Under the pieces are notes generated by a model. It did no database searches. It was not told where the DNA came from and saw nothing but the letters and a program-made list of their open reading frames with translations. From Alphaproteobacteria bacterium (GTDB lineage: Bacteria; Pseudomonadota; Alphaproteobacteria; UBA9219; RGZA01), in assembly GCA_041917755.1 (NCBI GenBank), contig JAYRWY010000007.1, positions 266,770 to 330,769 on the forward strand: 64,000 bases of DNA, in the 5' to 3' direction. A program made the position numbers and the translations under genes. Of this stretch, positions 9,268-18,739 are shown in pieces; position 1 is the first letter of the stretch, and every line of letters starts with the position of its first letter.

Positions 9268-10394
9268 TAGATGACCTGTATGTCTGCTTGTAAGGCGCCA
9301 GCAGCTTTAATGGATTGAAGAATGGTTATCATATCACGTGGGCCAATGCCCAATGCATTCAGGGCTTGAACCAATTCTTGTAAAGTGACGCCTGGTGAGA
9401 ACACCGCAAGTTTCTTACCTTCACCTTCGCTGACATCGATGTCGGTTCTGTCTACAGTTTGTGTCGTGCCATTTGATAATGCGCCGGGCTGTGAAACCTG
9501 TGGGGTTTCTGTAATGCGCACGGTCAGGTTGCCTTGTGCAATTGCGACACGGCTGATGCGCACATTATCGCCCATGACAATAACCCCTGACTGTTCATCA
9601 ATGACAACTCTGGCAACTTCATCTGGGGTTACCTGGAGTTGTTCAATTCGGGTGATCAGCGAGACAAGCTTGTTTTTGCTTTTATCACGAATTTGAACGG
9701 TGACATTAGAACGGTCATCGGCAACCGCGTATTCGCCTTTCAACTCATTGTTGATTACTTCGGCAATCCGCTTTGCGGTGGTGAAATCGGGGTTGCGAAG
9801 GTTCAAGCGCAGGTTCGGCATATCAGCCAGCTCGAAGTTGATTTCACGTTCAATAATTGCACCATTGGCAATACGACCAGATGTCGGAACGCCTTTTGTT
9901 ACCGATGCTGCGTTGCCCGTTGCGCTAAAGCCGCCAATGACTAATGAACCTTGTCCAACGGCATATACTTCGCCATCCGCTCCCATTAATGGCGTAACTA
10001 ACAACGTGCCGCCTGACAAACTCTTGGCATCGCCAAGTGTTGAAACGGTGACATCAATTCGTGAACCTTGCGCTGAGAAAGGAGGAAGTGTTGCGGTAAC
10101 CATCACGGCAGCAACGTTCTTGGTTTTTAATGAATCACCGCGGGTGTTAATGCCCAAGCGCTCAAGCATGCCCACCAAACTTTTTGCCGTGAACGGTGAG
10201 TTGCTGAGGCTATCACCAGTTCCATTCAATCCAACGACTAAACCATAACCCACCAACATGTTGTCGCGCACACCATCAATATCAACGATGTCTTTAATGC
10301 GTGCGGTTGTGGCGTGGGCATTATTCGCAACGAGCTGCGATATGGCCATCAATGCAACCAGGCATAAGGTTGCGATAGGTGATTGGTTTGTCAT
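9267..10394 (-). CDS. flgI: flagellar P-ring protein FlgI
   Basis: Signal peptide followed by a conserved FlgI core (RIKDI...GYGLVVGLNGTGD). The start was set at an internal Met so that the sigma-54 element lies outside the CDS. Confidence 0.9.
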   Translation of the reverse strand: MTNQSPIATLCLVALMAISQLVANNAHATTARIKDIVDIDGVRDNMLVGYGLVVGLNGTGDSLSNSPFTAKSLVGMLERLGINTRGDSLKTKNVAAVMVTATLPPFSAQGSRIDVTVSTLGDAKSLSGGTLLVTPLMGADGEVYAVGQGSLVIGGFSATGNAASVTKGVPTSGRIANGAIIEREINFELADMPNLRLNLRNPDFTTAKRIAEVINNELKGEYAVADDRSNVTVQIRDKSKNKLVSLITRIEQLQVTPDEVARVVIDEQSGVIVMGDNVRISRVAIAQGNLTVRITETPQVSQPGALSNGTTQTVDRTDIDVSEGEGKKLAVFSPGVTLQELVQALNALGIGPRDMITILQSIKAAGALQADIQVI

Positions 10395-10455
10395 CTTAGC
10401 GTGACGTGTTTTGCCGAATTGAGACATTGGTTGCTCCTTCTCCAATGGTTCATTA

Positions 10456-10471
10456 TGCGAAACTCGTGCCA
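10456..10471 (-). promoter_or_regulatory. putative sigma-54 promoter upstream of flgI
   Basis: Reverse complement TGGCACgagtttCGCA with GG-N10-GC spacing, about 60 nt upstream of the chosen flgI start. Confidence 0.4.
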
Positions 10472-10759
10472 AATTCGCTCATTGCTAACTAATTGACAAA
10501 TAAGGAAAAATAATCAAAAAACAGTCGTTACGAAAACGCAAATAATTCGATGACAGGTAAGAGTTGCCGCGTCATTTATGCGGCAATGCACTGAAACTTA
10601 TGTGCTTTTTGGAATGTTTCTTGTTTTGCGTTAACTGGCCTTTAAGAGCCATCCCGCAAAGTGCTATAGTGAGATTCAATGGATAGTAAGTGATGAAGGC
10701 AACTGCATTACTGCCACGCCATAAGTTTTGCCCAGTAACTTTTTATAAGGCGATACCAC

Positions 10760-11185
10760 TTGATAAATAAAGTTGATGGACCTGGCGGCGTACGCGGAAC
10801 ACAACCGGTGCGTAAAGCTGGAAAAAGCGAAAAAACCGGCAGTACAAACTTCTCCTCACATCTTTCGGATGATGGGGTAGGTGGTGCGCAAGGCGTTGGC
10901 GGTGCATCGGGTATTGGCGGCATCAGTGCGTTGATTGGCTTGCAGGAAGTGGATGACGCAACCCAGCGTGAATCTAAAGGCAAAAAACGTGCTCAGGCAT
11001 TGCTGGACGAGATGGATGATTTGCGATTGGCGCTTGCCTGCGGAACCTTGACCCGTGCGCAACTGCTGAAATTGTCGGCCGCCATTCAAAGTGAAAAAAT
11101 CAAAGCGGATGATCCCAATCTTAACCAGATTCTTGATGATGTGGACCTGCGCGCCAGGGTAGAGCTCGCCAAATATGGCTTTTAA
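10760..11185 (+). CDS. fliX: flagellar assembly regulator FliX-like (TTG start)
   Basis: 141 aa, divergent from flgI as in Caulobacter. Gly-rich N-terminus, ALIGLQEVDD, and a C-terminal ...RARVELAKYGF resembling FliX. AAGG ribosome-binding site 9 nt before the TTG. Confidence 0.5.
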   Translation: MINKVDGPGGVRGTQPVRKAGKSEKTGSTNFSSHLSDDGVGGAQGVGGASGIGGISALIGLQEVDDATQRESKGKKRAQALLDEMDDLRLALACGTLTRAQLLKLSAAIQSEKIKADDPNLNQILDDVDLRARVELAKYGF

Positions 11186-11305
11186 GCCCTTTTAATGACC
11201 TGCTTGTTAACGGTTTGCATCTAAAGAGTTGCAAAACGGACAAAATCCCGCCAAGAAAGTCACCTATCCTTTTAATAGCCTACCAAGTCTTGGGGAGCCG
11301 ATTTT

Positions 11306-11728
11306 ATGAGTTCAGTAATTCTTCCGCCCGATTATAAGCCAACGGAAAAAGAAAAATACATGAACCCGGTCATGTTGGAATATTTCCGTCAGAAACTTCT
11401 GAAATGGAAAGCCGAGTTGCTGCAAGAATCTTCATCCACCCTGCAGGAATTGCAAGAAGATGGCGGCATGCAAGAACCCGATATTGCAGATCGTGCGACA
11501 TTGGAAACCGACAAGTCGCTGGAATTTCGTACACGAGATCGTGAACGCAAGCTTATTAACAAGATTGAAGAAGCGCTTCGCCGTATTGATGAAAATACAT
11601 ATGGCTATTGTGAAGAAACTGGTGAGCCAATTGGCATTAAGCGTTTAGAAGCGCGCGCCGTTGCAACCTTATCGGTTGAAGCACAAGAGCGCCATGAGCG
11701 CATGGAGCGAACGCAGCGCGACGAATAA
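11306..11728 (+). CDS. dksA: RNA polymerase-binding transcription factor DksA (zinc-finger Cys largely absent)
   Basis: DksA coiled-coil and C-terminal motif (EIEEALRRIDENTYGYCEETGEPIGIKRLEA). Only one of the four canonical Cys is present. Confidence 0.8.
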   Translation: MSSVILPPDYKPTEKEKYMNPVMLEYFRQKLLKWKAELLQESSSTLQELQEDGGMQEPDIADRATLETDKSLEFRTRDRERKLINKIEEALRRIDENTYGYCEETGEPIGIKRLEARAVATLSVEAQERHERMERTQRDE

Positions 11729-11784
11729 GTTTAGTGGTAATGGAATAACCAATCCGATGGTTTCGGTGATTAAAGGGGTTCTTC

Positions 11785-12534
11785 GTGATTAAACACTTCG
11801 TCAGTATTCTTTCGGTCACCTTATTATGCCTTGCTGCGGGTAGTGCGGATGCCCAGCAATCGCCAACAGCTGGCAAACAGCCACCAGAAGCACAATCCAG
11901 AAATTCGGTTCTAACCAATACCAAGGCCTTGCCGCTGCCCGAACAGCCGCCCCCAGCGCCAAAATCGGAACCAAAGCCCAAAAGCAATGATGTGGCAAAT
12001 CCTGCCAAAAAAATCTATGTCGCACCGGAGTTGTCCGATCGCCCCAATCCATCCAGCAATATCATCTTGCCGCCACTATATGGCTGGAGCCGTATTGTTA
12101 TCAAAGATTTGAAAATGCCGGATGAGGCGTTGGTCAATGATTGCGGCATGAAGAAGGATATGATTTTTCACTTCTTTGTCGAACGCTTACGCGAAGGTGC
12201 CATTCCATTGGTCAACGAAGCCCAGGCTGATAATCTGATTTCTGATGTAGTTACAGTGGAAGCCGAGCCACAAATTATCAGCATGCAGGATCTGGTCATT
12301 AACTGCATTTCATGGATTCAATATAAGGTGTCTGTGCAATATACGTTTCGTGTTCCGCCGCTCATGTATCGCCGCAAAGTTCCAATCATGCTCTGGTATG
12401 ATGGCATGATGGTATCATCTGCAAAATCCACACATAATGGCGCGCTGATTAACGGCTTCATTGACTTGGCGATGCGGTTTAGAAATGCATGGGATAAGCA
12501 GCATGCATCCGTAGACCCGGAAACCTTGAAGTAG
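11785..12534 (+). CDS. hypothetical secreted protein
   Basis: Signal peptide (LLCLAAGSADA), a Pro/Lys-rich linker and a globular C-terminal part; convergent with flgH. No family recognised. Confidence 0.4.
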   Translation: MIKHFVSILSVTLLCLAAGSADAQQSPTAGKQPPEAQSRNSVLTNTKALPLPEQPPPAPKSEPKPKSNDVANPAKKIYVAPELSDRPNPSSNIILPPLYGWSRIVIKDLKMPDEALVNDCGMKKDMIFHFFVERLREGAIPLVNEAQADNLISDVVTVEAEPQIISMQDLVINCISWIQYKVSVQYTFRVPPLMYRRKVPIMLWYDGMMVSSAKSTHNGALINGFIDLAMRFRNAWDKQHASVDPETLK

Positions 12535-12551
12535 CGGATACTATCCCGTCA

Positions 12552-13304
12552 TTAGAACGGGAAGATGATATCCATTAGCTGGGTGCCATAACGGGCTTGC
12601 TGAACATCCATGATCTGACCGCGACCGCCGTATGAAATACGGGCTTCGGCAATCTGGTCATAATTAATGGCGTTTTGTGAACTGATATCCTCTGGACGAA
12701 TTACGCCGGTAACTTTCAATTCGCGCATATCATAATTCACAGCCATTTCTTGTTTGCCGGCAATCACCAGATTGCCATTGGGCAGAACCTGGGTAACCAC
12801 TGCGGCTACGCGCAAATTAATGCTGTCTTGGCGGGTGATTTCACCTTTACCATCATTCTGCGTAGTACCCTTATAACTTAGCAAGCTGGTCGGATCGACA
12901 GCTTCAGGCAGATATTTATGTAGCTTTGTTTCAAAGCCCAAGAGTTTTGGTGCGCTATCGTCCTCATTGGTTGTGCGGGAACGCTTGGTTTCATTTTTAA
13001 TCGATGCTTTGTCAGCCACTTGAATGATGACTGTCAAAATGTCACCAACCTTGCCTGCGCGCTGATCTTTCAGGAATTGACGTGCGCCAGCCTGCCATAA
13101 GGAGTTAGCTTGATGCTTATATTCTTCCTTTTGTGGCATAGGAAATTGCACAGGTTCTGCACCCGCAAGCTTGGCAGGATTTTCAACTGAACTCAGGGCA
13201 GGGGCTTCGCCAAGCTCGGAAAGGCGCTTTCCTGCATTGCACGCGCTGAGGCTGACCAACGCGCTGGTGAGCATGATCATGTTGATAAAAGAATTTGCTT
13301 TCAT
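12552..13304 (-). CDS. flgH: flagellar L-ring lipoprotein FlgH
   Basis: Lipobox (LSAC) and a conserved FlgH core (GDILTVIIQ...NGNLVIAGKQE). Confidence 0.85.
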   Translation of the reverse strand: MKANSFINMIMLTSALVSLSACNAGKRLSELGEAPALSSVENPAKLAGAEPVQFPMPQKEEYKHQANSLWQAGARQFLKDQRAGKVGDILTVIIQVADKASIKNETKRSRTTNEDDSAPKLLGFETKLHKYLPEAVDPTSLLSYKGTTQNDGKGEITRQDSINLRVAAVVTQVLPNGNLVIAGKQEMAVNYDMRELKVTGVIRPEDISSQNAINYDQIAEARISYGGRGQIMDVQQARYGTQLMDIIFPF

Positions 13305-13320
13305 GTTCTGTTCCTCAATA

Positions 13321-14286
13321 TTACTTCACGGCTACTTTGGTTTTGGTATTCACGGGCGATACAGATACTTTGCCGCTTGCAACGACTACGGCATCTACCG
13401 AACGATTACTTTGGGTGTTTAACACTTGAATGGTGTCGCCGATTGCACCATCTGCCATCGCGCGGCCCTGTGTATTCAGTGTCATGTAAGGGGTTTCAAC
13501 AGCGATGGTAATAATGCTGCCTTTGGTCACCATTTTTGCTCCACGTAAATCGCGAATGTGCAGCACGCTGCCTGCATTCAAACTGCGGCGAACTTCGGCA
13601 TTTACAAGCCGTGATGCATCGGTAACAGCGTCACCGCCAACTTTGTCTGCGGGTGCGCGCGACCATTCAATATCACGCTCCGTAATGGCATCGCCTGTGG
13701 TTACGTTGTGATTGAGAATGGCAACCTGTACCATCATCATGGCTCTGCCATTTACTTTAATGACATCCGCATCGTTCGATCCGGCCTTATCAACCAGCAA
13801 ATTGGTTTCAAAGCGGTTTTTAAGCGGATCATATTTCACTTCGGTAAAATGATAGCTAAGAGGCTCATTTTTTGCGCGGTGAATTTCCAAAGATTGGTTA
13901 TCTAATGCAACGTCCAGATCTTTGTTGGGTACGACTTTTCCAAGTTCTGCAATAACTAGCTCTTTAATTTTTGCTGCATTCAGTGAATTGCTATCACGTA
14001 TAACAACCATCCGTTCGTAATTATTCTCCGGTTTCCAATCAAATCCACTTGAGCGGGCAATCTGATTGAGCGCCGTTACATCGAGTACAAGCTTTTGTCC
14101 TGGTGCAGGTGCTTGGCCTACAATCAGACCTGCTTTATCGCCGGCATTCAAAAACACATCCCCAAGCGTGATGTTAGCGCCTTCTAAAAGAACCTCGCCG
14201 CGAGTTGTTGCGGCGATGCATGGTGCGGCCATGCAGGCAGAAAAACTTGCGGCGAGGAGGAGGAGGAGCTTTTGAGCGCGGTTCAT
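13321..14286 (-). CDS. flgA: flagellar P-ring assembly chaperone FlgA (extended N-terminus)
   Basis: Signal peptide and a C-terminal SAF/FlgA domain (KGSIITIAVETPYMTLNTQGRAMADGAIGDTIQVLN). Confidence 0.7.
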   Translation of the reverse strand: MNRAQKLLLLLAASFSACMAAPCIAATTRGEVLLEGANITLGDVFLNAGDKAGLIVGQAPAPGQKLVLDVTALNQIARSSGFDWKPENNYERMVVIRDSNSLNAAKIKELVIAELGKVVPNKDLDVALDNQSLEIHRAKNEPLSYHFTEVKYDPLKNRFETNLLVDKAGSNDADVIKVNGRAMMMVQVAILNHNVTTGDAITERDIEWSRAPADKVGGDAVTDASRLVNAEVRRSLNAGSVLHIRDLRGAKMVTKGSIITIAVETPYMTLNTQGRAMADGAIGDTIQVLNTQSNRSVDAVVVASGKVSVSPVNTKTKVAVK

Positions 14287-14307
14287 GGCGATAATCCTGT
14301 ATCCTTA

Positions 14308-15093
14308 TTAACGCAGCTGGCTGACAGTGCTCATCATTTCATCAGATGCTTTGATGACACGTGAGTTCATTTCATAAGCGCGTTGCGCGGTAATCAGGCT
14401 GGTAATTTCCGACACAACGTTAACGTTAGAATTTTCAATGGCACCCTGGCGAATTTCACCAAAGCCTGCTGATGCAGGCACCGCCGTGGTTGCCGTTCCT
14501 GATGCGGGTGTTTCTTTAAGCAAGTTGTTGCCGGTTGCTTCAAGCCCTGCTGGGTTTACAAAGTTTGCCAACTGGAACTGTCCAACATTGCTGAGTGAGG
14601 TTGTACCATCTTGCTTAATCAAAACTTCGCCGCTGGAGTTGATGGTGACATCAATTGCTGTATTGGGAATAGTGATGGATGGCTGAATGGGGTAGCCGTC
14701 TGCATTTACGATGACGCCTTCGGCATTCAGCTGAAGGGAGCCTGCGCGGGTGTAGGCGGTGCTACCATCCGGCAAAAGTACTTGGAAAAAGCCGCGACCA
14801 CTTATCGATAAATCTAACGGATTATCGGTGATGGTTACGTTTCCTTGTGAATTGATACGGTAAACGGCGGCTGGGCGCACACCCATACCTACCTGAATAC
14901 CTGTTGGCACAATATTGCCGGCATCGGTGGAGGTTGAGCCAGGGCGACGAATGTTGTCGTAAATCATATCCTGGAATTCAGCGCGCATACGCTTAAAGCC
15001 AGTGGTCGAGATGTTGGCAATATTATTGGAAATCACTTCCACATTTAACTCTTGTGCCTGCATACCGGTTGCGCCGATTAACATACTACGCAT
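14308..15093 (-). CDS. flgG: flagellar distal rod protein FlgG
   Basis: Conserved rod-protein termini (MRSMLIGATGMQAQ...NIANISTTGFK; C-terminal SNVN...QRAYEMNS). Confidence 0.9.
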   Translation of the reverse strand: MRSMLIGATGMQAQELNVEVISNNIANISTTGFKRMRAEFQDMIYDNIRRPGSTSTDAGNIVPTGIQVGMGVRPAAVYRINSQGNVTITDNPLDLSISGRGFFQVLLPDGSTAYTRAGSLQLNAEGVIVNADGYPIQPSITIPNTAIDVTINSSGEVLIKQDGTTSLSNVGQFQLANFVNPAGLEATGNNLLKETPASGTATTAVPASAGFGEIRQGAIENSNVNVVSEITSLITAQRAYEMNSRVIKASDEMMSTVSQLR

Positions 15094-15106
15094 GGTCTAT
15101 CTCCCT

Positions 15107-15826
15107 TTATGCCACTTTCCCTAGTGAACGAATGGCGTTGGTTAAACGTTGATTTTCTGAGTCAATTAAACGGGCAATCCGTTCATAAGCTCTGGAAATT
15201 TCTATGACATGGGTCATTTCCTGAACGGATTTAACATTAGATGCTTCCACCATGCCTTGATGTAGTTGTGCTTCTTCATCAACTTCTGGCGCTTCATCAG
15301 TGGAATAAAACCCGCCATAGGTTTGCTTCATCAATTGTTCATTATTGAATTTGACAAGTTGTAACCGGCCAATTTTTCCAAGATCGGTGGAAATGGTGCC
15401 GTCCAAGCTGATTTGAATACTTTTTGCGTTGGTAGGGATGGCGATGGTTGATCCCCCGCCCGATAAAATCGGGTAGCCGTCCGCGGTGACTATATTTCCT
15501 TCGGCATCCATTTGGAATGCACCTTGACGGGTATATTGTATTCCTTGCGGGGTCTGTACAGCAAAATATCCCTGTCCGCTAATTGCGATATCAAGTGGAT
15601 TGTCTGTGCGCGTGAACGAACCTTGCGCTGTGTTTCGCAAGGTTGCCCTATCTAGCACCATGTGATGGGAAAACTTTTTATCTGGCTTAACCAAGTAGTC
15701 CTGGAACAGAACATCGTTTGACTTAAAGCCAGTGGTGTTCACGTTCGCAATATTTTGCGCAACAATGTCCATCTGCCGCTGCAGAGCTTCTTGTTGTGAT
15801 AGCAAAACATATACCGGCGATTCCAT
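15107..15826 (-). CDS. flgF: flagellar proximal rod protein FlgF
   Basis: Rod-protein N- and C-terminal heptads, and the flgFG order. Confidence 0.85.
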   Translation of the reverse strand: MESPVYVLLSQQEALQRQMDIVAQNIANVNTTGFKSNDVLFQDYLVKPDKKFSHHMVLDRATLRNTAQGSFTRTDNPLDIAISGQGYFAVQTPQGIQYTRQGAFQMDAEGNIVTADGYPILSGGGSTIAIPTNAKSIQISLDGTISTDLGKIGRLQLVKFNNEQLMKQTYGGFYSTDEAPEVDEEAQLHQGMVEASNVKSVQEMTHVIEISRAYERIARLIDSENQRLTNAIRSLGKVA

Positions 15827-15896
15827 TTGGCCTTACTCCTCTCTCTTAGGTGTGCGTTGGATCTTTTTAGCGCCCACTCGTCACAAGGCTTTCCTA

Positions 15897-15912
15897 TGCA
15901 CGCGCTGTGCCA
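15897..15912 (-). promoter_or_regulatory. putative sigma-54 promoter upstream of the flgF-flgG-flgA-flgH operon
   Basis: Reverse complement TGGCACagcgcgTGCA with GG-N10-GC spacing, about 70 nt upstream of the flgF ATG. Confidence 0.45.
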
Positions 15913-16030
15913 ATATAGTTTTTTCTTTTATTTCAGACTCTTAGTCTGCGGTGATGCATGGAACAGCCTATGATTTGAGCTGTTGGAGGATTAATTTTGG
16001 GGTCATTTTTACCCCCATCCGGCATAGATA

Positions 16031-16046
16031 TGGCACAGAACTGGCA
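16031..16046 (+). promoter_or_regulatory. putative sigma-54 promoter upstream of fliL
   Basis: TGGCACagaacTGGCA with GG-N10-GC spacing. The long leader of about 165 nt to fliL lowers confidence. Confidence 0.3.
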
Positions 16047-16222
16047 AGGAGGGGGTATGGTTTTGCCGCCATACTGGCGAATAACCGATTGAAAGAGCTA
16101 ATTTTTTTCTTTCAAGAAGTTGTTAACCATGTTTTTGTTAAAGTGTTAACGTCTAAGGGCTTCAGATGAAATGCTCATTTGGTCCGCTTCCCTGAAATGG
16201 TTTTTGCCTAATAGGTTTTGCA

Positions 16223-16867
16223 GTGTCTGATAAAAAAGAAAAGAAAGCCGACGACAAAGATAAGAAGGAAGAAAAAAAAGGCGCTGCCGCAGAAGGTGAA
16301 GCAGAAGGCGAAGCTGCGGGCGGTGAAGAAGGCAAGAAAAAGATTTCCAAAAAAATGATTATTATCATCGCAGCTGGTGCGGTGGTGTTGCTTGGTGCAA
16401 TTGCTGCGGGTTTGGTTTTCTCCGGTGTGCTGGGTCCTAAGAAACCAGAAGCTGGTGCCGAACAGGCAGATGGCCATGGTGCAGCCAAGGAAGGCGAAAA
16501 AGCCGAGGGTCATGGCGCAGCATCAGGCGATGGTCATGGCGGTAAAAAAGATGAACACGCAGGGCCAATATTTTATGACATGGGCGAAGTGGTCGTAAAC
16601 CTGCAAACAGACGGTAAACGCCAGGTTTTCTTGAAGCTAGTCATTCAGTTGGAATTAGAAGCCGAAGAAGACAAAGCAGTTATTGAAAAAATCAAACCGC
16701 GCATTATAGATAACTTCCAGACCTATTTGCGTGAGTTACGGCTAGATGATTTGCGTGGTTCGGCTGGGCTTTATCGTTTACGTGAAGAATTATTGTTCCG
16801 CGTAACAGAAGCAGCCCAACCTGTTAAGGTAAAAGACGTGCTGATCCAGCAAATGCTGGTGCAATGA
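16223..16867 (+). CDS. fliL: flagellar basal-body-associated protein FliL
   Basis: Charged Lys/Glu N-terminus, a single transmembrane helix and a FliL C-terminal domain (GPIFYDMGEVVVNLQ...). Confidence 0.8.
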   Translation: MSDKKEKKADDKDKKEEKKGAAAEGEAEGEAAGGEEGKKKISKKMIIIIAAGAVVLLGAIAAGLVFSGVLGPKKPEAGAEQADGHGAAKEGEKAEGHGAASGDGHGGKKDEHAGPIFYDMGEVVVNLQTDGKRQVFLKLVIQLELEAEEDKAVIEKIKPRIIDNFQTYLRELRLDDLRGSAGLYRLREELLFRVTEAAQPVKVKDVLIQQMLVQ

Positions 16868-16889
16868 TGACTATAACTGAGGGCATCCT

Positions 16890-18005
16890 ATGACGCCTGC
16901 TGATGAAAATACGCCTGGTGACAAGGCAATGAGTGAAGAAGAACGCATGGCGGCCGAATGGGCCGCGATGTCGGGCGAAGGCGCCGCGCCAGCTGGCGGT
17001 GAAGATGACATGGCTGCGGCCATGGGTGTGGAAGGCGGTGATACCCGTGTTCTTAGCCAAAATGAAATCGATAGCTTGCTTGGGTTTGGCGGCGCAGATG
17101 ATAGCGACGAAAACAAAGGCATTATGGCGCTGGTTAATTCCGCGCTGGTTAATTACGAACGTTTGCCGATGCTCGAGGTGGTCTTTGACCGCTTGGTGCG
17201 TATGATGTCTACCTCACTACGTAACTTCACTTCTGACAACGTCGAGGTCAGCCTTGATCAAATTTCCAGCGTTCGTTTTGGCGATTATCTGAATTCCATT
17301 CCATTGCCGGCCATGCTTGCGGTGTTTAAGGCGGAAGAGTGGGATAACTTTGGCTTGATGGTCGTCGATAGTGCTATGATTTACTCTATCGTTGACGTTT
17401 TGCTTGGTGGTCGCCGCGGTACGGCCGCAATGCGTATTGAAGGTCGCCCCTATACCACCATTGAACGGAACTTGGTTGAACGATTGGTGCATGTCATTTT
17501 GGCTGATATGAGCGGTTCGTTTGATCCTCTCAGCCAGGTGAACTTCCGCTTTGATCGTCTTGAAACCAATCCGCGCTTTGCGACGATTGCACGACCAGCA
17601 AACGCTGCGGTGCTGGTCAAGCTGCGTATTGATATGGAAGATCGCGGTGGATGCCTTGAAATCATTATTCCCTATGCAACGCTGGAACCGGTTCGTGAAC
17701 TATTGCTGCAAATGTTCATGGGTGAAAAATTTGGTCGCGATTCCATTTGGGAAACCCACTTGGGCAATGAATTGTTGACGACAGATATGAGTATGCATGC
17801 GGTCCTCGATGAGATGAGCATGCCGCTTTATGATATTTTGAATTTAAAGCCAGGAACGTTTGTGCCTCTCAACGTTAAGCCAGACAGCATGGTTGAGCTA
17901 CGAAGTGGCGAGGTGTCACTGTTCCGTGGGCGCATGGGCAGCAAAAACGGCCGCATAGCTGTGATGATCGAAGAAGAAAAAATCAAACGCCCTGGTGAGT
18001 CGTGA
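16890..18005 (+). CDS. fliM: flagellar motor switch protein FliM
   Basis: N-terminal CheY-P binding motif (LSQNEIDSLLG), FliM middle domain and C-terminal SpoA-like domain. Confidence 0.85.
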   Translation: MTPADENTPGDKAMSEEERMAAEWAAMSGEGAAPAGGEDDMAAAMGVEGGDTRVLSQNEIDSLLGFGGADDSDENKGIMALVNSALVNYERLPMLEVVFDRLVRMMSTSLRNFTSDNVEVSLDQISSVRFGDYLNSIPLPAMLAVFKAEEWDNFGLMVVDSAMIYSIVDVLLGGRRGTAAMRIEGRPYTTIERNLVERLVHVILADMSGSFDPLSQVNFRFDRLETNPRFATIARPANAAVLVKLRIDMEDRGGCLEIIIPYATLEPVRELLLQMFMGEKFGRDSIWETHLGNELLTTDMSMHAVLDEMSMPLYDILNLKPGTFVPLNVKPDSMVELRSGEVSLFRGRMGSKNGRIAVMIEEEKIKRPGES

Positions 18006-18015
18006 GGGCTGAACG

Positions 18016-18738
18016 ATGACGCTGAATATTATTTTGAATGTGATTTTTATCGTTGTGATGGCGGTGGGCATTGTTTTTGTCTGGCGATTACAAAAGACAT
18101 TAAATGGCTTACATAAAAATCGCATGGATATGGAAAAGTTTCTAAGCGATTTTTCGGGAAATATCACCCGTGCACAAAAAGCCATTCGCGATTTGCAAGA
18201 TACCGCCCGTGATGTAGGCGAGGATGTAGAAGGACATTTAGCCAAAGCACAAGGGTTGCGCGATGAGTTAAGCTTTCTGGTTGAAGCAGCAGATAAAGTC
18301 GCAAGCCGCCTGTCAGATAGCGCATCTGCTGCGCAAAGCGATGCAAAGCAGGCAAGATTACAACGCAACGAAAAATCACCTGAAAAAGCCGTGGATACCA
18401 AGGCAGCAGAAAAACCGTTATCTGCAGTTCATGACATACAAAAACAAAAGACCGAGCCGGTTACTCAGCAGGTCAAGAAAGTTGATGCCGCGCCAACTCA
18501 AGATGTTTCACAGGGTAAAACAGTTCCAACTTGGGTTAAACGCGCAGAACAAAATGCGCCAATCATCAATGCTCCAGTAGAAGAAGCCGCCCCTGTATCC
18601 GGTTTGCAGTTTGGCGCACGTAAAGCCTCCAAAGCAGCCGAGACGCAACCCGCACCAGTTGAAAAAGAAGAAGCTAAAGAGCAGCCACGCTCGCTGGCTG
18701 AACGCGAATTGTTGCAAGCATTAGAAAAGATGAAATAG
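18016..18738 (+). CDS. hypothetical membrane-anchored coiled-coil protein in the fliLM operon
   Basis: One N-terminal transmembrane helix and a charged, helical remainder. Lies between fliM and the motE-like gene. Confidence 0.4.
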   Translation: MTLNIILNVIFIVVMAVGIVFVWRLQKTLNGLHKNRMDMEKFLSDFSGNITRAQKAIRDLQDTARDVGEDVEGHLAKAQGLRDELSFLVEAADKVASRLSDSASAAQSDAKQARLQRNEKSPEKAVDTKAAEKPLSAVHDIQKQKTEPVTQQVKKVDAAPTQDVSQGKTVPTWVKRAEQNAPIINAPVEEAAPVSGLQFGARKASKAAETQPAPVEKEEAKEQPRSLAERELLQALEKMK

Positions 18739-18739
18739 C

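Noticed and set aside
16120-16150. GTTAAC...GTTAAC repeats upstream of fliL as a CtrA box
   Set aside because: The spacing (TTAA-N11-TTAA and TTAA-N4-TTAAC) does not fit the TTAA-N7-TTAAC consensus.
16162-16513. Minus-strand ORFs of 108 and 101 aa opposite the fliL 5' end
   Set aside because: Antisense to the Lys/Glu/Ala repetitive N-terminus of FliL, which is a low-complexity artefact.
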